Virus record (IMG/VR): IMGVR_UViG_3300044878_000186
Coordinates: 1 to 32,044 of that record
Length of the DNA: 32,044 nt
Strand: one strand, 5' to 3'
From: a virus
Lineage: Duplodnaviria > Caudoviricetes
In this document: in pieces, positions 18,096 through 27,315 of the stretch
Numbering within the stretch: position 1 is the stretch's first letter
How the letters are laid out: every line of letters begins with the position of its first letter
The notes under the pieces: model-generated
Seen by the model: only the letters and a program-made list of their open reading frames with translations
What the model was told of the DNA's origin: nothing
The model's database searches: none
Made by a program: the position numbers and the translations under genes

Positions 18096-20304
18096 AGCAA
18101 GGCTCCTCAATCGGTGCCTGCTGCAATGCAGTACAACGCCCCCAGGTGGCAGGCTTCTGATAGGCCCATGGCCGCACCCCGCTTTTGGTCAAAGCCGTCA
18201 AACGCTTCTTGCGCCAGCCAAGCCGATGCATGATCGCCCCAACGCGCATCTGCTCGGGCTTACCCCAGTGTCCATAATCCAACTTGAGTGCCTGGCTCAG
18301 AATGTCATTGCCCGTGGTGTTTTCGCCGATCTGCGAGCCCTCCAACCAATTCAGAATCAGCCCTTCCCATTCGTCCACCACAAAGCGCTCGTCCTGCGCC
18401 TCGGCAAACATCCAAGATTCATCCTTGGTCACCCACCAGATGTCACCGGCCTCATAACAAAACACCGCCTCGGCCCACAGCTGATCACGGATCTCACGCA
18501 GGGTATCCAGATCGACCTTATTGCAGAACACCGGCCAATACCGTCGGTTGCCCGTGGCATCCTTGAGATATTCCTCCTGGTTGGTGGTACCCACGAACAC
18601 ACACTGGCGTGGCACGTCATTCGTTCTGCGGCCGTAGCTTTCGCGGTAGGTATCGGTGGACGCCGAAAAGAACTGCTTGGCCTTCGTACTCTCGGCCTTG
18701 TTGAAGCTGTCCAGCTCCCCCAACTCGACAATCCACTTACCGCGAATCGCCTGAAAACTGTCCTTGTCGCCCAGGGCAAATGGCGTGTCCATAAACCACT
18801 CCCCGCCGAGAATCCCCATCGCGGTGGACTTACCCTCACCCTGCCCGCCTTCGAGGATCATCACCGAGTCAGCCTTGCAGCCAGGGCGCATCACCCGAGC
18901 CACCGCCGAGATCGGCCAGCGCTTGCCCACCTTGGCCGAGTATTCACTAGCCTCAACCCCGAGCACGTCGGTCAACCAGCTTTCCAACCGAGGCACACGA
19001 TCCCACACCAGCTTTTCCAGGTACTCACGCACCGGGTGAAAGGTGTGGTCATGCGCGACCACACTGACCGCCTCGATCACATGTGAGGCCTTCACCCGCA
19101 GGTTGTACTGCTGCGCGAGCCACTTCATCACCCGCATATCATCAATGTCAGCCCAGTCACCTGCGCCGCCACCATAAGGTGCTGCACGGAGTTTGATGAT
19201 CTTCGAACTGAACACGCTGTAGCCGATCACCCCGGCCCACCGCTCATCATTGCCGAGGATCAGTTCGACGTTCTGCATATGCGCAATCAAGGCACCGCTT
19301 TCGCTGCGGGCTAGCATGTCCTTCCAACCACCTGCAGCCGGCGGCTTGACCACCGCCAGCACCTGGCGGCGCACCGCATCCAAACCTTCGGCAACATGCA
19401 GGTCATTGAAGTCGGTCCACTTGTCCTCCCGCTCGCCGGAAAAAATCGGCGCGACCACCTGGCCACCGATGATCAAAGCGGCGTTGCTCGCCTTCTCTTC
19501 ACCGGGGTTCCAAGGCTCGCCATTCGGCCGCTTGGTCTTCCAGTCATCATCCCGGCAAACAATCAGTGGGCAACCCGGAAAGCGCTCGCGCATGGCCTTG
19601 CACACCACCAGCAAATTGCCCGCGTCAAAGGCGATGGCCACCGTCAACGATGTCGCCATGTGCAGGCTAGCGCCGGTGGCGTAGCCCTCACACACCAATA
19701 CCGGTTCCCCCGGCTCCGGGTGCGGCCCGATCAGGTGGAAAGCCCCTTCTTTCGACATGCCGTAAGGCCAGTAAGACTTGTCCCGGCCGGTTTCTTCCTG
19801 CTTGGTTGGAAACACCACCTGCAGGCCGACAATCTGATCACGCACATTGCACATAGGCACCAAAAACGCGCCGGAGCGCGGTGCATAACGAACGCCGAAA
19901 CCAACGATCTGCTTTCGATCCAGATAGTCGCTACGACCCTTTTCCGGCATGCGCTTGAACAGCCCAGCTGCCCGTTTCGCCGCACGACGCGCCGTGTTGG
20001 CAGCGATCTCGACAGCTCGACGCTTGGCGTCCTCCTGCCGAGCACGCATCACCTCCCGCTCCTCTGGCGACATCCGCCCGGCTTTGACTTTGATCTTCTG
20101 TGTCTCACCCGAACGCCAATCACCGAAGCTGCCGAAAATCAGCGTCTCGCCTTTTTCCGTTCGGTGCTCGTGGACTACATACCAACCATTCTTTTCCTTG
20201 CCCTTGTCCTGCGCCGTTTTACAGCGGGTCAGCTTGCCGAAAATCAGCGGTTGCTCAGGCTCAAGGCCGTAGTCTGCGAATTGCCCCAACACCTCATCGA
20301 GCAT
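18088..20304 (-). CDS. Toprim primase fused to VirE/VapE-type helicase (replication protein)
   Basis: EGYATG, AFDAGN, DDD and DFNDL Toprim motifs; Walker A GGQGEGKST; FVGTTN and DATGNRRYWP. Confidence 0.9.
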   Translation of the reverse strand: MLDEVLGQFADYGLEPEQPLIFGKLTRCKTAQDKGKEKNGWYVVHEHRTEKGETLIFGSFGDWRSGETQKIKVKAGRMSPEEREVMRARQEDAKRRAVEIAANTARRAAKRAAGLFKRMPEKGRSDYLDRKQIVGFGVRYAPRSGAFLVPMCNVRDQIVGLQVVFPTKQEETGRDKSYWPYGMSKEGAFHLIGPHPEPGEPVLVCEGYATGASLHMATSLTVAIAFDAGNLLVVCKAMRERFPGCPLIVCRDDDWKTKRPNGEPWNPGEEKASNAALIIGGQVVAPIFSGEREDKWTDFNDLHVAEGLDAVRRQVLAVVKPPAAGGWKDMLARSESGALIAHMQNVELILGNDERWAGVIGYSVFSSKIIKLRAAPYGGGAGDWADIDDMRVMKWLAQQYNLRVKASHVIEAVSVVAHDHTFHPVREYLEKLVWDRVPRLESWLTDVLGVEASEYSAKVGKRWPISAVARVMRPGCKADSVMILEGGQGEGKSTAMGILGGEWFMDTPFALGDKDSFQAIRGKWIVELGELDSFNKAESTKAKQFFSASTDTYRESYGRRTNDVPRQCVFVGTTNQEEYLKDATGNRRYWPVFCNKVDLDTLREIRDQLWAEAVFCYEAGDIWWVTKDESWMFAEAQDERFVVDEWEGLILNWLEGSQIGENTTGNDILSQALKLDYGHWGKPEQMRVGAIMHRLGWRKKRLTALTKSGVRPWAYQKPATWGRCTALQQAPIEEPCFD

Positions 20305-20521
20305 GGCGAGCATCCCGCTGTTCATCGATAGATTGGCACTGCACGCACTGCGTGCAACCCGGGGATGCAACTCGGCGTGCTTCAGGAATCGGGTCGTAAC
20401 ACTCTTCGCAAAACAAAAACGAATGAACTATTGACATAGACTTGGCCGCCTTACGTGCTGCCAGCGCCTGATCGATCCGCTCCAGCACCAGGTCGTTAGC
20501 GAAATCAGCGATATCAGCCAC
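20294..20521 (-). CDS. TraR/DksA C4-type zinc finger protein (PtrB-like)
   Basis: GTG start; DIADFA N-terminus; CEEC..PIPEARR...PGC..CVQCQ. Confidence 0.88.
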   Translation of the reverse strand: MADIADFANDLVLERIDQALAARKAAKSMSIVHSFLFCEECYDPIPEARRVASPGCTQCVQCQSIDEQRDARHAR

Positions 20522-21032
20522 GGTTGGCACCCCGCGTCGTCTGGTTAACGTACGTGGCGCGGTTGAACATTCCCAGCAGTCCCTGAATCCCCCGAAACAC
20601 CTGCAGGCGAATCGCGGCGAGTTCATCGTCCGTCACCACCCCATCGCCGATAGACTTGGCCCAGGTATCAGCCAAATCCGCCACCTGCCGGAAGTACTCA
20701 GCAATACCGGTGGTCAGCGTCTCGGGCATGTCGTTGGTGTACGCCTCGGCCAGCTCCTGCCAGGTCGTATCACCGACCAAGGCATGCACCGCATCCAGAA
20801 TGCGGCGATCCTTGGTCAACTCCAGGATCTCGCCGAACTCCTGAATGTTCACCGTATGGCTAGGATGGGTTGGGGAAAGTTTGTGCTGCAGCGTGGTGGC
20901 GTTTCTGCCGGTGGTGGCGGCGATGGATGCGGCACCGCCGGGGTAGTCCCGAGCGGCATGGTAAAGCGCGAGGTCGAGCGGCAGTACTTCCCGCTGCGCC
21001 CGCTCAACAGAACTCAGAGCGATTCGGCTCAT
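20514..21032 (-). CDS. Phage regulatory CII family protein
   Basis: YPGG...A.......TLQHKL.P...H and DGVV...E motifs; downstream of cro. Confidence 0.78.
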   Translation of the reverse strand: MSRIALSSVERAQREVLPLDLALYHAARDYPGGAASIAATTGRNATTLQHKLSPTHPSHTVNIQEFGEILELTKDRRILDAVHALVGDTTWQELAEAYTNDMPETLTTGIAEYFRQVADLADTWAKSIGDGVVTDDELAAIRLQVFRGIQGLLGMFNRATYVNQTTRGANRG

Positions 21033-21337
21033 GGCATTAATCCTTAACAGTTGCCAGTGCCGCGCGACATGCAGTGGTGATACATTTGCCGCGTGGCTTG
21101 AAGAGGCCCAAACGCCGGCTAGATCTTCTGGATCGATACCGGCACCGTGCCGGGGCGAACAATCCGTTGCTCACCCCTGGCGCAACCGCTGCCCAATCTG
21201 TGGTGGAAAAGGCAGCAACACCAAGGCATTCCATGCCTTGGAAAAGCGCGATAAAGGGAGGTGGTTAGCATGTGGTGTGCCCGCCTACCTTTATCGCGAC
21301 CCGGCAGCACTGTGGTGGTGCGTGTCGGGAGGAACTG

Positions 21338-21361
21338 GGCGGCCTTTTGGTCGCCTTTTTT
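21338..21361 (+). terminator. Plus-strand terminator, antisense to the cro-cII transcript
   Basis: GGCGGCC-TTTT-GGTCGCC followed by TTTTTT. Confidence 0.55.
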
Positions 21362-21365
21362 CTTG

Positions 21366-21626
21366 CTATGCTGCAGCTCGATGAGGTGCGGACACATGTA
21401 ATAGCCAAGTCGCTTCAAACACGTTGCCCTTCTGCTTTGCAGCTGTCGCCAGAAGCATCGCGTATTTGGTTTCACCTGTGTAATCCGTTCGCGGTAAGCA
21501 TGCTGCTTGGCGCCACTTGTTCAGCGCTTGATAGCTCCGATCGCAAACTTTGGCGGCGGCCCCAATGCCGCCTACGGCTTCAAAAGCGAATGCGATGGCA
21601 TTCGGGAAATCTGCGGGGTCTAACAT
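21366..21626 (-). CDS. Cro-like transcriptional regulator
   Basis: Divergent from the repressor; HTH VGG..AAAKVCDRSYQALNKW and LPRTDYTGET.YA; GAGG SD before ATG at 21626. Confidence 0.82.
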   Translation of the reverse strand: MLDPADFPNAIAFAFEAVGGIGAAAKVCDRSYQALNKWRQAACLPRTDYTGETKYAMLLATAAKQKGNVFEATWLLHVSAPHRAAA

Positions 21627-21638
21627 GGCAGCCTCATT

Positions 21639-21714
21639 TATCAACTCTCGGTTGATATTATAGATCAACTGACTATTGCGCAACCTTTATGACACTATCA
21701 ACCCATGGTTGATA
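21639..21714. promoter_or_regulatory. OR-like operators and divergent promoters
   Basis: TATCAAC-N5-GTTGATA at 21639-21657 and 21696-21714; degenerate site at 21664-21680; minus-strand TATAAT at 21657-21662. Confidence 0.8.
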
Positions 21715-22436
21715 AAAATGCACTCCGCGCAGCTTTCAGCGAGCGCCTACACGAAGCCCTCGACGATGCCGGCGTACGCAGCCGGGGCCGAGGTGTAGAT
21801 ATACATCGTCAGTTGAAAAGCTTTGGGGTAGATAAGACCACACAAGCCATAAGCAAGTGGCTGAACGGCGAGGCTATGGCGGAAGCGGACAGCATGGCGG
21901 CGCTTTGTTCGTGGCTGAAAGTGCGCAGGGAATGGTTGGAATATGGCGTGTTGCCTAAAGAACAGACCGGCAAAAGCAATATTCGTCCATTGCCCATCGG
22001 TGATGAAAGCAATGTCAGCGAAATCAATCAACGCTTTGGCAAAGTTCCGTTAATCTCTTGGGTGCAAGCCGGAGCCTGGTGTGAAACGATTTCAAACTTC
22101 GAGGCCTACGATGCAGAATCGTGGCTCTCTTGCCCCGTGCAGATCAGTAATCAAGGGTATGCGTTGAAGGTTCTTGGCGACTCGATGACGAATCCAGGGC
22201 CAGGTCGAAGTTACCCAACAGGATGTATTATCTTTGTTGACCCCGAGGCTGAAACCAAAACTGGGGATCGTGTGATTGCTAGGGTTCCTCGCACTAATGA
22301 GGCTACATTCAAGATTCTTGTTGAAGATGCAGGCCGGCAGTTTTTAAGACCCATCAACCCGCAATATCCAATCATAGACATTACGGAAGAGACACACATC
22401 TGCGGAAAAGTTGTTGGCTCATTTATACCTGAATAA
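21705..22436 (+). CDS. CI/LexA-like repressor (HTH plus S24 peptidase)
   Basis: N-terminal HTH, VPLISWVQAG cleavage region, GDSM serine and ATFK lysine. Confidence 0.93.
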   Translation: MVDKNALRAAFSERLHEALDDAGVRSRGRGVDIHRQLKSFGVDKTTQAISKWLNGEAMAEADSMAALCSWLKVRREWLEYGVLPKEQTGKSNIRPLPIGDESNVSEINQRFGKVPLISWVQAGAWCETISNFEAYDAESWLSCPVQISNQGYALKVLGDSMTNPGPGRSYPTGCIIFVDPEAETKTGDRVIARVPRTNEATFKILVEDAGRQFLRPINPQYPIIDITEETHICGKVVGSFIPE

Positions 22437-22471
22437 TAGAAACTATAACTAGGTACGTATGAACCGAGCCA

Positions 22472-23635
22472 CTAGGCGCGCCTAGACAAATCGTAAGGCA
22501 CACCTCGATTACTTCCAAAGGCCCCACCATATACCTTTTCAAGATCTAGCAACTTGAATTCCTTTATTCTCTTATATTGCAACAGCATAGATCGATCAAC
22601 TGTTATACCAGCGCTACCTCCCAACTGAAAACGACCTTCCGACTCAAGCTCCCTACACGTAAGATGTTCGAACATCTCGTACTTGATGATATAGTTTTTA
22701 AACTGACCTTTATCACATACATTATCAAGGCAATTAAGAAAAAGAAGTGCCAACTCATTCGTCGAAAGCTGGGCACGTAGAATACTAGCGTACTTAAATT
22801 TATACTCAACAGAAACTATTGAGTCATCATACTTATCAATCATTTTCAACACTTGATACAAGTTTCTGAAATAGTGCCCAATGATATAATTATGTTCTAC
22901 CTGGATTTTTTTATATCGATCCATGATCTGTTTTGGAGTGGCAGAGCCGCTAGTTAAATGTTTGAGAATCTCATCAAATGCTGCGCGCCCCTCAAATTTT
23001 GTAACCGCAGCTACAGCTGAGGCTTTATCAGAATCAGAAAATGAGAGCCCGCCCACCACACCTAACGGTCTGCCGTCACTTCTAAAATATTTCTTCATCT
23101 TAGAAACTTTTTCCAAGTACGCATTTCCACCCAACACACTTAGATCAAACTTAATATTTTCGGCAATCTTATGATGCAAATCTAGAATATTGAAAAATGT
23201 ATTTTCGACAGACTGCGTAGTTAGCGCCTCAGCTGTTTTTTCATACTCAACACGAGACAATCTAAGATCATTCCGCTGTATTACAATAGTAACAATTAGA
23301 CCAATGAACGTAAGAAAGGTCAAAATCGGATTTAAAACCCCACCAAAAAAGTCCCCAAATATCCCTGCAATACTTTCGTGCCGATTAACTAGAAAAACAT
23401 CAAGAGCAAACAAAAACAAAATTACACCGACAGCACCAATAATTATATTAAAAAGAGCTTTAGATAATACATTGTTTTCTTCTGTATTGTTATTCTCAGA
23501 AAGCGCCTTCTCGAAATAAACATACTTCTCACGCTTATAAGCAAAAAAATAACTATTCCCTAAATAAAACAAAGTATCGCACTTTCCAAGACAAACAGCC
23601 CAAACCAGAGGAGCAAGAATTACTACAACTTCCAT
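22472..23635 (-). CDS. Putative phage abortive infection protein (putAbiC-like), membrane-anchored
   Basis: G.FGDFFGGVLNP, FFNILDLH, GHYFRNLYQ.LK.ID and Y..ILRAQLS..EL motifs; markedly AT-rich; start uncertain. Confidence 0.78.
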   Translation of the reverse strand: MEVVVILAPLVWAVCLGKCDTLFYLGNSYFFAYKREKYVYFEKALSENNNTEENNVLSKALFNIIIGAVGVILFLFALDVFLVNRHESIAGIFGDFFGGVLNPILTFLTFIGLIVTIVIQRNDLRLSRVEYEKTAEALTTQSVENTFFNILDLHHKIAENIKFDLSVLGGNAYLEKVSKMKKYFRSDGRPLGVVGGLSFSDSDKASAVAAVTKFEGRAAFDEILKHLTSGSATPKQIMDRYKKIQVEHNYIIGHYFRNLYQVLKMIDKYDDSIVSVEYKFKYASILRAQLSTNELALLFLNCLDNVCDKGQFKNYIIKYEMFEHLTCRELESEGRFQLGGSAGITVDRSMLLQYKRIKEFKLLDLEKVYGGAFGSNRGVPYDLSRRA

Positions 23636-23748
23636 ATTTTATTAATCCGATGTGAAATCGAGCTTGATTATGTGACCGCACGATTTTACCTAAAGCAGGG
23701 CAAATTGACATTATCAAACCACGTTCCGCCCCGCTGTATCGCACATAC

Positions 23749-23789
23749 CGCAACCAACGGTTGACATCAATCAACCACTAGTTGATATT
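23749..23789 (+). promoter_or_regulatory. pL-like promoter with two OL-like operators
   Basis: TTGACA (23761)-N17-GATATT (23784), overlapped by GCAAC-N5-GTTGAC and ATCAAC-N5-GTTGAT. Confidence 0.8.
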
Positions 23790-23824
23790 TGCCTGACTCT
23801 TTCACCACAGAGCGAGGCAACACC

Positions 23825-24001
23825 ATGCACACCACAACCACCCTGCACGTCCATCCGGCCGCTGCTGACCCCTCCCGCATCTTCGAAGTTCGCCGCTTGG
23901 CCCGCGATTACGGCTGCTCGTTTGCTACCACCAAACCGAAGCAGAAAGCCCGTAACGCGCCCGCCCCTTTCGATTCAAACGGCGGAGGGCACGCAGCATG
24001 A
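23825..24001 (+). CDS. Small hypothetical early protein
   Basis: First ORF after pL; GAGG SD; ATGA overlap with the next gene. Confidence 0.6.
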   Translation: MHTTTTLHVHPAAADPSRIFEVRRLARDYGCSFATTKPKQKARNAPAPFDSNGGGHAA

Positions 24002-24588
24002 GCAAATTCAAACTAGACAACCGCACCCTGCTGTTGCTCAACGCCCAGGTCAATTTGACCGAAACCTTCAACCACGTCCTGCGGTCGACGCCCAAGCGTG
24101 AAGCCCTGCCGTTTCGCTTAAGGGTTGAGCGCGGCGCAACCACGACCGTTTTCGTCATTGAGCTGGACAGCGAGCGCCACACGCTGACCTTGAACAACGA
24201 AAAGAAGATGCACCTCAAGCTGGCCGACTTCATCGAAGAAATCGCCAACGGCCCGTTCGACCCAAGTAACACCGGAGACCTGTTATCCCTGCCTCACGCA
24301 AGCCGCGAATACGGGCGGTTTGATGTTCGGGACAAGCAGCGCGTGCTCGAGCGGGTGATCACCGGCGGCACCTTGAGCCTCGACATGGGCTTCAAAGTGC
24401 CCCTCCACGTCGCGATCCATCGCACCCACACCCGCCCAGGTGTCACCACCATCCTGAGCATCGGCATCAAAAGCCCGCGCACCAAGTGCTTCACCGTGTG
24501 CGGTACAGATGTCGAGATCTACTGCAAGGTCGTCGAGTCCATCAATCACCTGGCTGCTGCGGCGACACCTGCCGCACACGCCGCATGA
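23998..24588 (+). CDS. Hypothetical phage protein
   Basis: 196-aa ORF with GGAGG SD, translationally coupled. Confidence 0.75.
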   Translation: MSKFKLDNRTLLLLNAQVNLTETFNHVLRSTPKREALPFRLRVERGATTTVFVIELDSERHTLTLNNEKKMHLKLADFIEEIANGPFDPSNTGDLLSLPHASREYGRFDVRDKQRVLERVITGGTLSLDMGFKVPLHVAIHRTHTRPGVTTILSIGIKSPRTKCFTVCGTDVEIYCKVVESINHLAAAATPAAHAA

Positions 24589-24598
24589 GGGGGGTGCC

Positions 24599-24883
24599 AT
24601 GGAACGCACACTCGCCCAAGCGGCAACCCAACTCGGCGTGACCCGGCCAAAGCTCATCAGCCTGATGCGTGAAAAGGGCCTGCTCGACAATCGAAACCTG
24701 CCGACCTACCCCAACCGTGACCGCGACTACCTGCGGGTCAAGGACGGCCATTGGTATCACGACCAGCTCGGCATGCAGTACAGCCAGTCGACCCGGGTCA
24801 AACAACCCGGCATCCGTTGGCTGGCCGAACAACTGGGATTGGTGCTACCAGCCATCCCGGTAGACACCCGTGACGTGGCCTAG
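24599..24883 (+). CDS. Antirepressor KilAC/ANT-domain protein
   Basis: AA..LG..R.KL...MREKG...NLP...TRV...GIRWL pattern; ATG at 24599 after GAGGGG. Confidence 0.75.
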   Translation: MERTLAQAATQLGVTRPKLISLMREKGLLDNRNLPTYPNRDRDYLRVKDGHWYHDQLGMQYSQSTRVKQPGIRWLAEQLGLVLPAIPVDTRDVA

Positions 24884-25049
24884 GGAATACGCCCGCCAGA
24901 TCATCGCCATGCGCACACGCGAGGAGCGCAACGCCGCGCTCCTCGAAGTGCCGGAGCATCTGCGGGAGCTGACCAAACGCCACTGCCTGAACGCCTGGAG
25001 TCACCCATCAAGGATCAATCGCAAGGAGGCCGCGCAAGCCCATGAGTAA
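24870..25049 (+). CDS. Small hypothetical protein (59 aa, below the ORF-track cutoff)
   Basis: GTG start, MTWPREYARQIIAMRTREERNAALLEVPEHLRELTKRH...; overlaps both neighbours and fills the operon gap. Confidence 0.65.
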   Translation: MTWPREYARQIIAMRTREERNAALLEVPEHLRELTKRHCLNAWSHPSRINRKEAAQAHE

Positions 25050-25368
25050 TACCCATCAGAGCCCACTCCGGCTAATGCCGGCACCGGAAACGGCAACCGT
25101 TGAACTGCTCTACCGCACCTTCGGCGACGTGCTCATCCCTCTGGAAAAACTTCGCCTGCAGTACTTCCGCAATCTCAACGAGCAGACGTTCGCGTCCGAT
25201 CTAGACAATGGCCGCATCCCGCTGCCAGTGACCACGCTCAAAGACAGTCGAAAGTCCTTCAAATACGTCCACATTCGCCACTTGGCCTCATGGATCGACA
25301 TCAGGGCCTATTCAGCCGACGAAGAGCAGGCGAAGAAACAAACCGATTCAACCCAGCAGGACCAGTAA
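25042..25368 (+). CDS. Pyocin activator PrtN family protein
   Basis: T..LL...FG...IPL......YF..L...LPV......K....VHI..LA.WID pattern; AGGAGG SD. Confidence 0.8.
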   Translation: MSNTHQSPLRLMPAPETATVELLYRTFGDVLIPLEKLRLQYFRNLNEQTFASDLDNGRIPLPVTTLKDSRKSFKYVHIRHLASWIDIRAYSADEEQAKKQTDSTQQDQ

Positions 25369-25418
25369 CCAAAACGGCCGCCACCACCGGCCAACCAAAA
25401 TCAACCGGAGCACATCAC

Positions 25419-25865
25419 ATGACTGCAGTTCAGATCTGCGCATTGATCGCCCTCATCTTGTTCGTTGGCCTCACCTACTGGGCCGGCTATCGCGGTGGCC
25501 TCATCGATGGCCGCTTTGGGGGCATTGATGAAGGCATGGCCATCCAGCAATCCGACCATTCGCAAGCCATCCGCAACCTGGAGCATTCGTTTGACCAGGC
25601 AGCCGTCAAAGCGGCCCGGATAGATGAGCGCGCCGAGTTCGAGAAGGAATTTCCAATACCCGAAGGTCTGCAGTACTGCAGACAACGCGGAACGTACATT
25701 GTGTTACCAGGGGCAAGTACATCCGACTCGTTCGCCCGCGAGCACTACGCATACAGAGCAGGTTTCGCAGCATGGATGCGTCGGGCGTGGAAGCAGCCTG
25801 TTTTAGGCGCCCCATCAGGCAATCATCTCACTTCAGAAACGGATGCCCAGATGGAGCCAGCATGA
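25419..25865 (+). CDS. Hypothetical protein with N-terminal transmembrane segment
   Basis: GGAG SD; hydrophobic N-terminus followed by YWAGYRGG..DG. Confidence 0.65.
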   Translation: MTAVQICALIALILFVGLTYWAGYRGGLIDGRFGGIDEGMAIQQSDHSQAIRNLEHSFDQAAVKAARIDERAEFEKEFPIPEGLQYCRQRGTYIVLPGASTSDSFAREHYAYRAGFAAWMRRAWKQPVLGAPSGNHLTSETDAQMEPA

Positions 25866-25927
25866 CTTCCGGTACCCAGCACCAAAAGAACTACCATCAG
25901 CCACCACGCACGGCATGGGCTAACAAT

Positions 25928-26164
25928 ATGGAAATGCTAAGTGAAACACTCGCCGAAGAAGAACTGGCGAGCATCACGGGCTATCAGATGCCCTCCCGAC
26001 AGATTCAGTGGCTCACCGAAAACCACTGGCAGTTTGTTCTAACCGGCGCCCGCCGCCCAATCGTCGGCCGTTTGTATGCCCGCCTGAAACTGGCCGGCGT
26101 GAAGCCATCAGCTACCAATGCCGTCGCGGAAACCTGGACACTCGACCTTGCGAACGTGAGTTGA
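25928..26164 (+). CDS. DUF4224-like putative excisionase
   Basis: L..EEL..ITGY....RQ..WL....W.F......RP.V.R pattern; immediately upstream of the integrase; alternative start at 25862. Confidence 0.78.
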   Translation: MEMLSETLAEEELASITGYQMPSRQIQWLTENHWQFVLTGARRPIVGRLYARLKLAGVKPSATNAVAETWTLDLANVS

Positions 26165-26167
26165 TCA

Positions 26168-27232
26168 ATGCGCCATAAGAATGCAAACAACCGGGATCTG
26201 CCGCCAAGAATGCTGCGCAGAACCCGCGTGCGCAAGAACGGCGAAACATGGGTCGGGTACTACTACAACGGCAGGGATGCCGCCGGCAACAGAAAGGAAA
26301 TCCCGCTGGGAAGCGATATCGACCAGGCAAGGATTGAATGGGCTCGACTGGAACATAAAGCCGCCCCCAAGCCAACCCATCTGATGGGTTCGCTGTTTGA
26401 CCGTTACGAAGAGAAGATCATCCCTGGCAAGAAACTGCGTACCCAACAGGACAATCTCAAGGAACTGAAACAACTCAGAAAGGCATTCGAGAGCGCCCCC
26501 ATCGAATCCATCACCCCCCAGGTAGTGGCACTCTATCGGGATACTCGAACCGCAAAAGTCAGGGCGAATCGTGAGATCGCACTGCTCTCGCATATGTTTA
26601 CCATCGCAAGGGAATGGGGCCTCACCGACAAGGCCAACCCGTGCTTTGGCGTTCGGCGAAATAAAGAAAAACCCCGGGATTACTACGCCGGAGAGACCGT
26701 GTGGAATGCGGTTTACGCCGAGGCCGTGCAGGAACTCAAAGACGCAATGGACCTGGCGTACCTCACCGGCCAACGCCCCGCGGACGTTCTGAAAACCGCT
26801 GCAACCGACTTGAACAACGGCTTCTTGATGGTCGGCCAGGGCAAAACAGAGAAACGCCTGCGCATCCGCCTGGAAGATGAAGGCGCCCAATCCAGCTTGA
26901 GCGCCTTCATCGAAGCACTGCTTGAACGAAAGTCGATCAACGGCATTAAGACATCGACACTAATTACCAACACATCCGGCCTCAGAATGAGTCAACAGAT
27001 GTTGCGCAATCGTTGGGACGAAGCCAGAGAGAAGGCAGCAGTAAAAGCCTCAACCGAGGGCGACACTGCCCTGGCCGCCAGTATTCGAGAATTTCAGTTT
27101 CGAGACATTCGACCAAAAGCCGCTAGCGAAATCGAACTGGATCACGCAAGCCGCCTGCTGGGGCACTCAACGGAAGAGATGACGAGAAAAGTCTATCGAC
27201 GAGTAGGTGAGATTGTGAAGCCCACGAAATAA
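26168..27232 (+). CDS. int: Phage integrase (tyrosine recombinase)
   Basis: LTGQRPADV (Arg), Q.KT, FRDIRPKA, LLGH and terminal VYRR (Tyr). Confidence 0.93.
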   Translation: MRHKNANNRDLPPRMLRRTRVRKNGETWVGYYYNGRDAAGNRKEIPLGSDIDQARIEWARLEHKAAPKPTHLMGSLFDRYEEKIIPGKKLRTQQDNLKELKQLRKAFESAPIESITPQVVALYRDTRTAKVRANREIALLSHMFTIAREWGLTDKANPCFGVRRNKEKPRDYYAGETVWNAVYAEAVQELKDAMDLAYLTGQRPADVLKTAATDLNNGFLMVGQGKTEKRLRIRLEDEGAQSSLSAFIEALLERKSINGIKTSTLITNTSGLRMSQQMLRNRWDEAREKAAVKASTEGDTALAASIREFQFRDIRPKAASEIELDHASRLLGHSTEEMTRKVYRRVGEIVKPTK

Positions 27233-27290
27233 GTAAGCTTTCAAGAACCGCGAAATTGCACTCCACCCAACTAGTAATCGAGTGATGGCC

Positions 27291-27314
27291 GGCAGCAATC
27301 GGCCAAAAGCAGAC
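27291..27314 (+). repeat. Degenerate 24-bp palindromic unit
   Basis: GGCAGC-AAT-CGGCCA-AAA-GCAGAC; same layout as the units at 28051-28110 and 29754-29850. Confidence 0.65.
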
Positions 27315-27315
27315 C

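Noticed and set aside
27094-27120. Integrase has RDIR instead of HxxR, suggesting inactivation
   Set aside because: The other catalytic residues are present and the ORF is intact; this position is known to vary among tyrosine recombinases.
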